This document shows, one piece after another, positions 26,956 to 39,762 of a stretch of DNA of 64,000 nucleotides. Position 1 is the first letter of the stretch. Every line of letters begins with the position of its first letter. The translations under genes were made by a program, and so were the position numbers. This DNA is from Octopus vulgaris (lineage: Eukaryota). Location of the stretch: positions 58,342,001 to 58,406,000 of the forward strand of contig OX597822.1 in assembly GCA_951406725.2 (NCBI GenBank). Reading direction: 5' to 3'. Below the pieces are notes generated by a model that saw only the letters and a program-made list of their open reading frames with translations, was not told the DNA's origin and searched no databases.

Positions 26956-27996
26956 CAGAAATCATTTTCACTCATCATTCATTCACATTATATGCCTACC
27001 CACACCAGTGTCATCATCTCTTCTGTATTCATCAACCAGCTGTGTCTATAATCACTAATATTTGGGAGAACATAAGGGTGAATGTGGCCTATATAAACAG
27101 TAAGCTGTTTAAATAAAAATTAAAACATTGAGTTATAATGATATGTCACAAAGGTGAATGACACAAAGTCATATAATCTTTCGTTTCCGAATATAGGTCT
27201 CTATAAAACAGAGAATTCTCCTCTTCAGAAAACAGTAACAGTTTCACTTTACAGACACACACTTCAAATTGGTTGAAAAAGCATTATCCATAGCTGGATT
27301 TGGGGAGGGGGAGCTTCTCAAATACAAATGTGCTGTGTATATATGTCATACTTTAGAATATCAAAACCCATTCTTAGAGTAGTGGCTACTTGTGAAGAAA
27401 ACAACAACACACCCTTTGGGATTGTCAGAAACAGGGAAATTGTTGTCTAAGAATATGTTAGCCCGCACCCAGCTAGGACTATGCTATTGTTTTTTTTTTT
27501 CTTTTCAGACACAGTGTACCTAGAACTACCTTATTCAATGTGTCCGTGTTTTAGAGACAAAAAAAGTGATTTCAATGCTTTTTCTAACAGATGAACTAAC
27601 CATGTAGAGGCTCATATAGGAAGGTGTTTCATCCATGATAATTAGTATATCAAAACCATCAAGTGACTGTTACAAAAGTAAAGGTAACATACTATAGAAG
27701 GGAAATTACAGGAGTCTCATAGTAATACACTACTGTTGTTTTAACACTCATTTTTCCATACATAGGTTGGACAGAATTTGTTGAGGTAGATTTTCTACCT
27801 TCCTGTCATCAACCCTCATCTGATTCCAAGTAAGGTAGTATTTCCTCATAACCAGACATGTTTTTAAGGAAGATTGGAAACAAAAGAACACTGCTTGCAT
27901 GATGAAATACTCATTTACAACTATCACATGATGTCAAGGCAAAGGGATACTGACACACACGCACAACAGATATATATATATATATATATATATATA

Positions 27997-28366
27997 TTCT
28001 TTTATTTGTTTCAATCATTTGACTGCAGACATGCTGGAGCACCACCTTTAGTCAAACAAATCAACCCCAGGACTTATTCTTTGTAAGCCCAGTTACTTAT
28101 TCTATTGGTTTCTTTTGTCAAACTGCTAAGTTACAGGGATGTAAACACACCAACCTCAATGGTCAAGTGATGGTGGGGGGACAAACAGACACAAAGACAC
28201 ACACACGCACACACACACAATGACGGGCTTCTTTAAGCTTCACCTACAAAATCCACTCACAAGGCTTTAATAGAAGATACTTGCCCAAGGTGCCATGCAG
28301 TGGGATTGAACCTGGAACCATGTGGTTCGTAAGCAAGATACTTACCACACAGCCACTCCTGTGCCT
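27997..28366 (-). mobile_element. SINE family A, full length
   Basis: Colinear with reverse complement of 46329-46720; flanked by (TA)n on both sides. Confidence 0.85.
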
Positions 28367-28491
28367 TTATATATATATATATATATATATAACTATTGGG
28401 CCATAGAAGGAAGAATTGCAGTTTGTCATAAGTTGTGGAACCAGCAGATGTCATTCATTCAAACACATACACAAACGCATGCTCACATACA

Positions 28492-28703
28492 CACAAGGAG
28501 GTGCTGAAAAGTTCCTGGTTTCAAGGGAATTGCGAAAGGCCTAGATGATGGCTCAAATGTCCAAGTTCTTTTATAGGGCTTAGAAACACTAACGGACCAC
28601 TGTAATAAGTGTGTGAATCTGAGATGGGGATATGTTGAATAAAATCATAATTAACTGATCCCCCTGTATTATCTTTTACTCAAAGCCAGGAACTTTGAGG
28701 CAC

Positions 28704-28708
<5 letters not shown>
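28492..28708 (+). mobile_element. mariner-derived MITE
   Basis: TIRs 'ggtgctgaaaagttcctggttt' / 'aaagccaggaactttgaggcacc'; retains transposase C-terminus KCVNLRWGYVE*. Confidence 0.75.
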
Positions 28709-28749
<41 letters not shown>

Positions 28750-30227
28750 TGTGCATGTGTGTGTTCATCCAGAACAGGAGTGGGGAACCCCCTCAAACAC
28801 AAGTAAAATTTCACTTACATTTCTAAAACCACCCACTGACAAAATCTCTAAAAAAATTATACAGAAGGGAAATGGTTAAAACCAAAATATGCATTACATA
28901 TCTATGAATATGTAAAATTAAAGATTCATTATTTTCTCTCCCCGAGGTTCTTAAGTACTTGCAATTTGTTTTTGGTACTAAAGTTTTCCACTCCTTCATT
29001 TTAAAACTGATTTTAGTCGAGATCACATCATCTATAGTCTGGTGAGCAATGAGGAAACTTAGTTTAGAATATTAGATGAAAATTGCTCACTCCTCAGAGA
29101 GGGTTAAAATAGATTTTCTATTTTAACAAATGACTAATTCCATATTAGATGCAGAGGGATGGAACAAGACCACAAAGTATCTTTGTTCAATGCACCAATT
29201 TATTCTTATTTGCTACACAACAGTTTCCAGCTGCCAAAATTCATTCACAAGACAATTGTCAACAGAAAGCTATAATAGAAGATACTTGCTTAAGGCATCA
29301 TGTAATAACTAAGCAGAAGTAAACATTTTAACCACATGACAGGGGACAGTACATGGACATTCATATGTTTGGGGTTTTTTTCATAGTTTTTGAAGATGGT
29401 GCTTTTCAGAAAACTGAGGCATGATGGGAGAAAAATCATGTCTTGTTTTCACAAAGAGGAAACATATCAATGACACATACTAAACATGCTAACTGCATTT
29501 CCCAAATTCTTGCAGCATATTTTACTACTATAGTTATAAAAAAATGGCAGAACCCAATAACTGAGAGATAATTGCACCAATAAACAATGGAGTTAATTGA
29601 GAAATAACCTCATCTTAAGACTAATTTTCATATTTAACAGCTGTAATAGTAAAGCAGATGATGATAATTACAATAATAATTAGGGATAACAATATAAAAT
29701 TGCTTAAATACTGAACCATCCCTCAATTCATTCATAAGTTAAGGTAAAATGTCAGTGCATATTACTATAAGGAGACATGCCTGCTGACATGAAGATACAT
29801 GTATTCACATAGAAACACATCCTTATAAACCATACTTATCAATCATTATGTTTCATCAAATTAGCTTCCTTGTCCAGGCCATTCAAAGTTGACATATCCA
29901 AAATGAAAGTAAACTAGTTTAGTAAAGAAAATCCTGCTGACATCAATGTCACCACCATCATTATCATTTGTTTGTTACCAAGGTTTCAGTGTGTTTCTTT
30001 TCATTAAAAATTTACAATGACCTGGAGAATCAAGTGTAAATTTTTGGTCTCATAAGTCACAGGTTTCTATACTCTGTTACTCCATATTTTTTTTACCATA
30101 AATGTCCAAGTCTTCTAGCTATACTTTGTTAGTAAATAAAAACTGTATAAACACCCATTCACATTTTTGGGGGTTGCTTCTTTGATTTGTTTTTGTTGCC
30201 TTTTTTTTATCAAGTTGTTATTCGATA

Positions 30228-30609
30228 TTCTTTTATCTTTTACTTGTTTCAGTCACTGGACTATTGCCATTCTGGGGCACCATTTTGAATATTTAGTCAC
30301 TCAATTTGACCCCAGGACTTATTTTTGAAATCTGGTAATTATTCTATTTGTCTCTTTTATGCTGAACTGCTAAGTTACAAGGATGTAAACATACCAACAC
30401 TAGCTGTTGAGCAGTGAGAGATAAGCATAAATATGCATGCATACACAGACTCATACATATGACAGGCTGTTGAAATTTCCTGTCAAACTAACTCGCAAGG
30501 CATTGGTTGGCCTGGGGTTATAGTAGAAGATAGTTGCCCAATGTGCTATGCAATGGGACTGAACCTGAAATCATATGGTTGAAGTAAGCTTCTTAACTAC
30601 ACAACCATG
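30228..30609 (-). mobile_element. SINE family A, diverged
   Basis: Tail 'ttcttttatcttttacttgtttcagtca', 'gaccccaggacttat', 'gggactgaacc', head. Confidence 0.75.
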
Positions 30610-30847
30610 AATCCATGAATGGGTAGAGTTAACAAAAGACTTAGAAGTATAAAAGTTTACTGCTTACACATCAGAAAGGCAGTATATATATATATATATG
30701 TATTTTAATAATTACTGGTATCTTTATATATTTTATATGTAAAGCATAATATGTTATACATGTATGTATATTCTTGTAATTGTCATTTTAGTAAATAAAT
30801 AAATTGACATAATATAATGTCTAAAAGTTGATGAACCACCTATTGAT

Positions 30848-31193
<346 letters not shown>

Positions 31194-32139
31194 TACTATC
31201 TATGCCAGATGTTTCATTAGCAGAGCACTGAATTCTACATACCGCACTTTATCTAGATTATAGGAATAGTTATTGTAATTTTAGAGGAATACTGATTGAG
31301 TGATTTATCCATTATCAGTTTAACACCACAAACTGGAACTCTGTTGATAAGCTTCCTCAGGCTATAGGAAACATTTTACTTACTACACGGTTTATTTCTG
31401 TTTTCTATGCTCACATGGATTGAACAGACTATCAAAGCAATAGGCAGTTCTTATTAGTAGTTACTGTCTCTTCCAGGGTGGGTCAGGACTATGTCTTATT
31501 CATACAGTCCATTTCCAGCAAGGTTTATCATAGTGGTAGCCATAGCAAGGTTGTCACATCTCCTTCAAGACAACATTATCTCTGTTCATTTGCCAAACAC
31601 TTCAGAGAGTATACTGCAAGTGTTTTATTAAGACGCCAGCACTGGAGAAGCTGTCATGTCCCATGCAAGTCTAAAGAATATTCTCTTCTCTATTTTGTCT
31701 CCATTCTTTCAAGAAAAACGTTAAGGGGTGAGAAGGAGACAGTGTGAGTGTGATACAAGGGAAACAAAATCATAGGAGAGGATAGTAGAGGGAGAGAACA
31801 ATGGAAGAGAAACTCTGGAAGTTACATGCTGCTTGTTGGTAAGGAGATTGACTAAGAGACAGAATGAGCAGCATAATTAGTTAGCAATGAAGATGGATGA
31901 CTATAAAGGAAGGCAAGTGATGGACAGTAAGAGTTGGGCAATGGTAAGTGAGAGTAGTGGACTGATACATATTAACTGGAAGGACATTTTAAACACCATC
32001 TGCATACCAATTAACATCGGCTATCTTTCATGCCAAATCACTTTATCATTTTCTCTCAATTTTGAACTCAGCTAATTTCTCTCCATGTATGCGAGATTCT
32101 ATGTGTTCACAGTCAATTGTTCACTACAATATATCTCAC

Positions 32140-32209
32140 ATATGTGTCATGTACAAGAATAAAAAACAAAACCAACAGTAGAGTCTAAGAAAACCAATGA
32201 TGGTCTGCA
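32140..32209 (-). other. Candidate 70-nt internal exon
   Basis: On -: long polypyrimidine tract + 'gccag' acceptor, 70 nt, then 'gtgag' donor; motif evidence only. Confidence 0.25.
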
Positions 32210-32529
32210 CTGGCAAAAAAAAAAAAAAAGAAAGAAAAAGAAAGAAAGAAAGAAAAACACCAGTTGATACAAGTTTGTGAAACAGTAAGTTCTGATTTTT
32301 GTGAGGTTGAGGAAGTAAGCTGACAGAAATATCAAAACCTAAACATACTTTTGCATTGTCCATTCTTTATATGGAGGAAGAAAATTTCTTTTATGAAGAC
32401 AACAAGGAATTCCTGGCATGAACCCAAATCACATTATATAACAGAACAGCCAGTTAGCTATGCTGCAAACACCTGCACATGATGTTAGCTATTCAAGTGC
32501 ATCAAAAGCAATTAAATATACAAGTTGCA

Positions 32530-33311
32530 ACCATGCCTGTGTATTGAAAAATATTGCTTCCCAACCACTGGTTTTGGGTTCAGTCCCACTACACACTACT
32601 TTGAGCAAGTGTCTTCTACAATATAGCCGCAGGTGTGGCTGTAGTAAGAAGCTTGCTTACCAACCACATGTTTCAAGGTTCAGTCCCACACCATGATACT
32701 TTGGGCAAGTGTCTTCTACTATAGCCATGGGCTGACCAAGGCCTTGGGCTTGGTAGACAGAAACTGAAAGAAACCCGTTGTATGTGTATGTGTGTGGGTG
32801 CATTTATGTCTGTGTTTGTTCCTCCCATCACTCCTTGACAACTGGTGTTGGTATGTTTACATACCAGTAATTTAGCAGTTCAACAAAAGAGATTGATAGA
32901 ATAGGTACTAGGCTTAAGAAATAAGTTGTGGTGTCAATGTGGTGCTCCAGCATGGCCACAGTCAAATGACTGAACCAAGTAAAAGAATATAGCCACAGGC
33001 CAACCAAAGCCTTCTGAATGGATCAGGTTGACAAAAAACGGAAAGAAGATATCATGTGTGTGTGCGCATGTGAGTATATGTACCCTTGTTCAGACATCAT
33101 GTAATAGTTTAAAATAGTCCTTACAAGCAAGGTTTGCTTGTTTCTATCCTTCTGTAAAAAACATGTCTAGCTATGGGAAACTGGCTTGGGGCAGGTCAGA
33201 GTGGTGACAGGAAGGGCATCCAGCTACAGAAAATCTGCCTCAACAAATTCCACCTGACCCATGCAAACATGGAAATGTGCACATCAAAACAATGGTGATG
33301 GTGATGATGAT
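32530..33311 (+). mobile_element. SINE family B interrupted by a family A SINE
   Basis: Head to 'gtcttctacaatatagcc', resumes 'acaggccaaccaaagcc' at 32995, ends 'ggaagggcatccagct...gatgatgatg'. Confidence 0.7.
32629..32985 (+). mobile_element. SINE family A, nested, 9-bp TSD
   Basis: TSD aatatagcc at 32620-32628 and 32986-32994; full head-to-tail copy. Confidence 0.85.
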
Positions 33312-33650
33312 GTCTGCCTGTTCAAGACTTTTTTTAACTATTTGTTGCATTTTAGCTTTCAGTGACAATGCATTACTGAGTCTGTGCTAACTCACTTTCA
33401 ACACACCATACAAAGTCACTAAATTCATGTTGTTGCTGTTGATTAATCCCTTGTCACTTCTGTTTGACAACACCTACCTACAGTACTGGTTGCCAATCAA
33501 ACACTTGGGAGCAGGCCACAGGTCTTGTAGATGAAATATGGCAATAGTCATTCTATTCTGGTACTATTCTGTACAATCTGCCACAAAGTACTAGGTCATA
33601 TGGCAGATGGGGAAGAGTGGAAGTTTTTGCATTTCACATATATTTAGTTA

Positions 33651-33878
33651 TTAACCCTTTCGTTACTGTATTTATTTTGAGATGCTCTGTATTTCTTTCA
33701 ATTACTTTAAATATAACAAAGAATTTAGTAAAATAATTTAGTTATCATTCAGCTAGTGTTAGGAACACAAATTGTGACTAAGGTTTGGTGGGAGATTTTA
33801 ATTCAAAACTTATGAAAACAAGACATTTGTACTCAGAGCCAGAGCCGGTTTCAGCTGGGTTGGTAACAAAGGGGTTAA
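33651..33878 (+). mobile_element. piggyBac-type MITE family 1
   Basis: TTAA + 'ccctttcgttac' ... 'gtaacaaagggg' + TTAA. Confidence 0.85.
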
Positions 33879-33979
33879 TTCTACTCCTTGTGAATGATAG
33901 CAAAATCATGTAGAAGCTTCACTTCTGTTTTAAAGCTCATAAGTATTTCAATTTTGTGCATTATTTCAGTTTTCATAGA

Positions 33980-34368
33980 TGCAGGCATGGCTGTTCCATT
34001 AAGAAGCTCACTATGCAACTATATGGTTTGGGGTTCAGTCCCACTGCATAGCACCTTAGGCAAGTGTCTTCTACTTTAGCCTGGGGATGACTAATGCCTA
34101 GTGAATGAATTTGGTAGATGGAAACTGTGGAACCTCATATTGTGCCTGTGTGTATATGTCTGTGCATGTCCCACCACCACCACTTGACACCAAGTGCTGG
34201 TTTGATTTTGTCAGTACAACTTAGCAGTTCAGCAAAAGAGACAGAATAAGTATCAGACTTTAAAAAAATATATATAAGAACTGGGATCAATTTGTTTGAT
34301 TAAACCCTTCAAGATGGTGCCCCAGCATGGCCACACAGACTAAAACAAATGAAAGAGGAAAGATATAA
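33980..34368 (+). mobile_element. SINE family A, diverged
   Basis: 'gcaggcatggctg...gggttcagtccc...gcaccttaggcaagtgtcttctac'...'gtgccccagcatggccac'. Confidence 0.75.
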
Positions 34369-36822
34369 ATTAGTTGGGAGTGAAATGGTCTACTTTCAGC
34401 TGAGACAAATGCTGACACCCAGGGAAAATGTGGGTGTGATCTGAATGCCTGCAGCAAAGTGACCCAAAGATCAAGAGGTGATGTTAAATCAGATGGCATG
34501 TTAGAAGCGACTATGACCATGAAAGGATAAGATAATATTTAATTGCCAGAACGATAAAAACTAACAGTATTAACAATCAATTAACCTTGTTTGGTATGAA
34601 GAAAGCCGGTAGAAACTTAATACCATATAACCTCAATAACACACAAGCACATTAAACAAAAGTAAAAAAAAAAAAATCAACGCTCATTAAATAATTATCT
34701 AGTTTAATTGAAGGTAATAAAATAAAGAAAAGCAGGATTTATACTTCCAGTCAATACAAGGAAAATGTTTTACAAGTATTACTATCTACTGGTATTGTCT
34801 GGTTATTAGTGTTTGTAGCACCTGAAAAAAATGTCACACATGACCTTTCAGTGAGACAAGATCCACCATGTATTTAAGCAAGCAAGCTATTCTAGGTTAA
34901 GTGATAATTTCAGGATATATGCTATGTCACAAATATACAAATGTACATTAGTATATGTGTGCGTCTGGGGTTATATATAGCTATAACTAAATACCACAAG
35001 GTATTTTTGTTACAAAAGTAGGTCACACAAAACAAGAATTACATTGAAAGAAGAAGAATGAAAAAAGAAAATTAGAAATGGCATGCACAGTATACAACTA
35101 TGGGACTAAGTCCCAAAGGGGCTAACTGCAACTTAGGGCCAATGGAGGAACCCAGCAGAACCATGTAAGATACCTTGATTGTTTCTGAACTACAGTGTTT
35201 AAGTACCCTTCCTCACGTAATATTCATAAACCTACAGGTAGATGCTGAGAATAAACCTGAGCTCTTAAGCACCGATTAGAAATTACTTGTTTCAGTCACA
35301 TCTACTGCACTACTTTTGCTATACCTATCAAACAGAGGAAGACTGCTGCTCTTCCAGACCACAAAGTGACAAGGCCATCCCAACAATTGGCTTCCCTTGT
35401 TTTTAAATACATATATTTTATGTTTCAAAAAAAAAAAATCTTTTTGAAGTGTTAATAATGACTGGAGACTTTAGAGTATTAGTACAAATTAATGACTTTT
35501 AACAAATGTGTGTGTGAATCAAAAGTGACTAATAGACTAACGACTAATAACTGTGTCCCAAACCTCAACAAATAAGAGATTATCACATGATGGTACAAGT
35601 TTGTATGTGAAGACAATAAGTCTATCAGGAGACAATGAAAGGTGTCTGCAGTTGTGAAAAGGAATACCAGAAATGTCCATCTGGTAGGCAATTGAAAAGT
35701 CACTGATATGCTATTAGTAAACAGACAATAGTAATTTGAAGTGGGGACCAACTGCACAGAAGCCTAACTGGTAATGTCAGCAGACTATCATAAGATGCTG
35801 ATAGTTGGTTGTTATTGTTTAGTTTTGTTTTCAGAACCTGAATACAGATCAGATGCATTCCATACACAACTGGCACGAGAACACACACATTGGTATGTGT
35901 GTATGCATAACCACTCACACAAACAGATCCACTATACATACAATAAGCATGGCCACTGATACGCATGGTAAACAAACATTGAAAACACAACACAGTCACA
36001 GGCTCAAGACTCAAACACACACACACACATTGTCAGTCACACACACAGAGTCTCGCTCACCAATCCAAGTCTAATTTCACAGTTTGCTGCTCAAAAATGT
36101 AATTAAAAACAATTTCACTGCTGTACTTTATTGGAATATCCTGGTCCAACACACCCATAGCAATATGGTAAAATAGATGGTGATGGAGGTGGTGGTGGTG
36201 TTGGATGAAGTGGTGGCTGTGTAACTAGTAGTGTGTACTGCAGGAGCTGTGAAGATGGGTGGAGGCTGCAGTGATGGCTACATTTAATAGTTTAATATAA
36301 TAGTAGTGTGATCTTACTATTGGCATAGCTGATAATGGAAAACAATAGTAAAATTTGAGAGGAAAAAGAATATTAGACTTATACTGACTCCACTTTATTT
36401 TATTTTATTGACACCTCCCAACCCCACCCCACCCACCAAAGAATAAACAGTAAAGTTGACCATGGTGAGATTTGAAACCAAAACACAAATACCTGGGGGA
36501 AATGCCACAAAGAATTTTGTTCTGGTACTCTAGTAATTATGCTAATCCATTGCTCTAATAATATAATAATGATCTCTTGTATTCAGTATAAAGGACAAAA
36601 GAGAAAAAATAAACAATTGTATTTATGCAAAATTAAGCATGAAAACACCGACATGGAAAAATAACACTATAAAAAAAAGTATGAAATGTGATGTTCCAAT
36701 AGGTGGACAGCCACTGGCCATTTGAAGAATCCCACAGATCCAAGATTATCTTGACATGCAAAGACAAGTGTCTTCTTTCAGTATTATTCTCCAGCAGATG
36801 GACCTACTGACCAGTAAAATAT

Positions 36823-38485
36823 GTTAGTTAGTTAGTTAGTTAATTTGGCTCAAAAGCAAATAGCAAGGCCATGTAGGGGGACATGGAGTTAAGTACAGGG
36901 TGGTGTTCATGTAAAGAGTTCAGGCCACTTGAGGTCCAGGGAGGCTTTGAACAAAGCGATCGTCGGCATCTTCACCATCTCGTCTGGCAGCTTGTTCCAC
37001 GGATCCGCAACCTGGACGGAGAATGCTCCTCTCCTTCGATTGAGATGAAATCGTCGCAGGTAGAGCTTTTCGGAATGACCCCGCAGCCGACGCTCCGGAG
37101 CAGGAGTGAAGAACAGCTCTTTCGAGAGGTTACACTTCCCGCTTATGATGTGGGCGAGAATGAGATCACCACGGCGGCGGCGTTTTTCAAGAGAATAAAG
37201 GTCGAGCGTCCTCAGCCTTTCTTCGTAGGACAAATTTTTGAGACCATGAACCATGCGGGTAGCCAGCCTCTGGACTCTTTCGAGATGCTGTATGTCTTTG
37301 AGGAGATAAGGAGAAGAGGCTTGAATCCCATACTCCAATATGGGTCTCACCAGCGTGACATAGAGTGGTAGGAATATGGCTGCTGTGAGCATTCCGAATG
37401 ACCGTCGAATCAAAAACAGAATTCCGCGCGCTTTGTTGGCAGCATGGACGCACTGGGCCGAAGGCGAAAAGGAGGAATCCACCAAGATACCCAGGTCCTT
37501 TACCTGATCGGTCCTCTCCAGCAGCAGACAACCCGGCTCGAAATCAAGTTGAGTTGCAGGAGTAGAGCCGACAGGCAGATGACAGCACTTTGACACGTTC
37601 AGACACAGGTCCCAATCGTTAGACCACTTCCAAATTTGGTGGAGGCATCGACGAAGATCCTCTATACAACCGCGAGGAGCGACCAGTTTGATATCGTCGG
37701 CAAATAGAAGGGTGTGTTGTGTGAGGTCGTCGGGCAAGTCATTTATGAAGACTAAGAACAACAAGGGCCCAAGCACTGAACCTTGAGGCACGCCACTGCT
37801 CGCAATGGAGACGTCGGACCGCGAACCATTAACTTGAACTTGGAAGGAGCGATCTGAGAGGAAGGCACCAACCCATCGTACAATATCCGGATGGAAACTA
37901 TATGCTTGAAGCTTGACAAGTAGTAGGCGGTGGTTTACCGAGTCAAAAGCTTTGGCAAAGTCCAATAAAACGATGTCAACAGCATCACTATCATCGAGGA
38001 TGCGCGTCACCAATTCTTCCATTACTAGTAAGTTGGTCAAGCATGATCTCTTCGGCACGAAGCCGTGTTGGGAATCAGTGATCGAGGCTGTGTTTAGGAG
38101 GTGGAGCATCATACTTTTCTTAAGGATGGTTTCGAACATCTTGCTGATTATTGATGTAAGGGAAACCAGTCGGTAGTTAAGCGGGTCTTCGCGGCTCCCT
38201 TTCTTGAAAATTGGGCAGATTATCGCTGTTCTCCAGTCTGCAGGTATAACACCCATCGCCAATGACATATTGAATAGTCGTGTTAAGGGCTCGCAGATGA
38301 CCGGAGCCAACGCTTTGATAACCCGTGGGTGTATGCCGTCAGGGCCGTGACCCTTGTTGACATCGAGGCCTTGAATAACACGTTTGACTTCGTCCCGCGT
38401 GATGATCAATCGAAGCATTGGAGGTACCGATCTATCAAATGGAGGGGGTTCACGACCATCATCTTGTTTGAAAATAGTTGAAAAT
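36823..38485 (-). mobile_element. 5'-truncated CR1-group LINE, young
   Basis: Open RT frame, short 3' UTR, (TAAC)n tail at 36823-36843; GC- and CpG-rich against AT-rich flanks; endonuclease and ORF1 absent. Confidence 0.9.
36907..38418 (-). CDS. LINE ORF2 fragment: reverse transcriptase and C-terminal domain
   Basis: Motifs GPDGIHP, QHGF...SC.TNL, LDFAKAFDSV, GVPQGSVLGPLLF, FADD, LERVQR.ATR, WN.LP; frame continues upstream to ~38484 (FSTIFKQDD), so the Met is internal. Confidence 0.9.
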   Translation of the reverse strand: MLRLIITRDEVKRVIQGLDVNKGHGPDGIHPRVIKALAPVICEPLTRLFNMSLAMGVIPADWRTAIICPIFKKGSREDPLNYRLVSLTSIISKMFETILKKSMMLHLLNTASITDSQHGFVPKRSCLTNLLVMEELVTRILDDSDAVDIVLLDFAKAFDSVNHRLLLVKLQAYSFHPDIVRWVGAFLSDRSFQVQVNGSRSDVSIASSGVPQGSVLGPLLFLVFINDLPDDLTQHTLLFADDIKLVAPRGCIEDLRRCLHQIWKWSNDWDLCLNVSKCCHLPVGSTPATQLDFEPGCLLLERTDQVKDLGILVDSSFSPSAQCVHAANKARGILFLIRRSFGMLTAAIFLPLYVTLVRPILEYGIQASSPYLLKDIQHLERVQRLATRMVHGLKNLSYEERLRTLDLYSLEKRRRRGDLILAHIISGKCNLSKELFFTPAPERRLRGHSEKLYLRRFHLNRRRGAFSVQVADPWNKLPDEMVKMPTIALFKASLDLKWPELFT

Positions 38486-39459
38486 AGTTTGAAAATACTT
38501 CTACAAGAAGCAAAAGAGCAGATTATACAATCTGATCAGATGAAAATTGAGGCAAGGCACAGCAGTCAGGCAGTAACAAATAACAGAGGTGATGCATGCC
38601 TCTGGCACCTCTAACTGACCTTTCAGAGATAGCTTTCCTTGAACATTTGTGTATAACTTGACCACCCAGCTCATCCAAGTTTCTATTCATCTAGCAGTCA
38701 GGCCTCAACTACACCCCAAGAACTTTTAAAAGACTTGTACATGAGAAAGTAAGACTAAGATTGAAATGAAAATAGAGAAAATGGTTGGGTGATAAAGCAG
38801 TTGTATCATGAAGTGAAGTGATGGCATTCAGAGAAGCGTAAACCATTTTAGGAGGGAAACAAAAAGAGGATACAGTTTAACAGTGAACCAGTGGTATGCT
38901 CTTTTGTGTGGTGATGAGGGTGAGTTTGCCATAAGGAAGAATAATTGACTTTTACTTTTTTATGACTTTGTAGAGCAGCATTCATGGCCCTTTCCAGGGC
39001 CTCTAAGATAACTAGCAAGAACTGATCCTCAAACTACAGATTGGCCCAAATACTTGCTGCAGAGGGGGCTCTAAAGTAAGAACAGCCTCTTGAGTGGTTT
39101 CTATTATGGCTTCTATCTAAAACATTTCACTGACAAGTCTTTGGTTTAATAGCTTTGTTATTTGAAATAAATTTATTTATCAAGATAGCATGTCAGCTCT
39201 CCATGGTAAAGTAGATCTGGATTTTTTAGCTTTTAAGGCAGAAACTATATATTCGTTCTCAGTATGGCCTAAGTTTGTGATTTTAGGATGTACCATAAAA
39301 CATGTAGAGTAACTATCAACTTCAACATCATTTATAATTTCTAAGAAGTTGTGGAGAGGCAAGGATGTAAAGGCCATGGGTATGTGGGTGGCAGACTTTA
39401 TCTGTTGCTCAGTTTAATATTACCAACTGATTCTTGGGTGACCTTAGCCATGTCCCGTT

Positions 39460-39762
39460 CTATTGCAGACATTTGATTGAGATGGCCAGTCTGAAGACAA
39501 CTCAATCCTACTACACAAAAGGTAGATAAAGAACTTTCTCACAACATATAGACTCATGGGGATAGTTTCCCAGTTTCTGTGGAGCACATATTCTCTCCCT
39601 GGTCCATCGCAGAATTACTCATTTTTGCCAGCTGATTGGACTGAAGCAATGAGAAATGAAGTGTTTTGCTGAAGAACACAATACATTGCCCAATACAGGA
39701 ATCAAAACCACAATCTTACGATCAGGAATCCAACGCCGTAACCACTAGGCCACACATCTCCA
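39460..39762 (-). mobile_element. tRNA-head CORE-like SINE (family D)
   Basis: 'gactgaagcaatgagaaatgaagtgttttgctgaagaacacaa...ggaatcaaaacc...aaccactaggccac'. Confidence 0.6.

Noticed and set aside
27490-27510. Strong plus-strand splice acceptor 'ttttttttttcttttcag'
   Set aside because: Lies within a dispersed old repeat also seen near 990, 20340 and 59140; no downstream donor or frame support
36883-37371. 162-aa plus-strand ORF, and ORFs 37187-37531 and 37913-38176
   Set aside because: Antisense or alternate-frame shadows of the GC-rich LINE RT frame; no recognisable motifs
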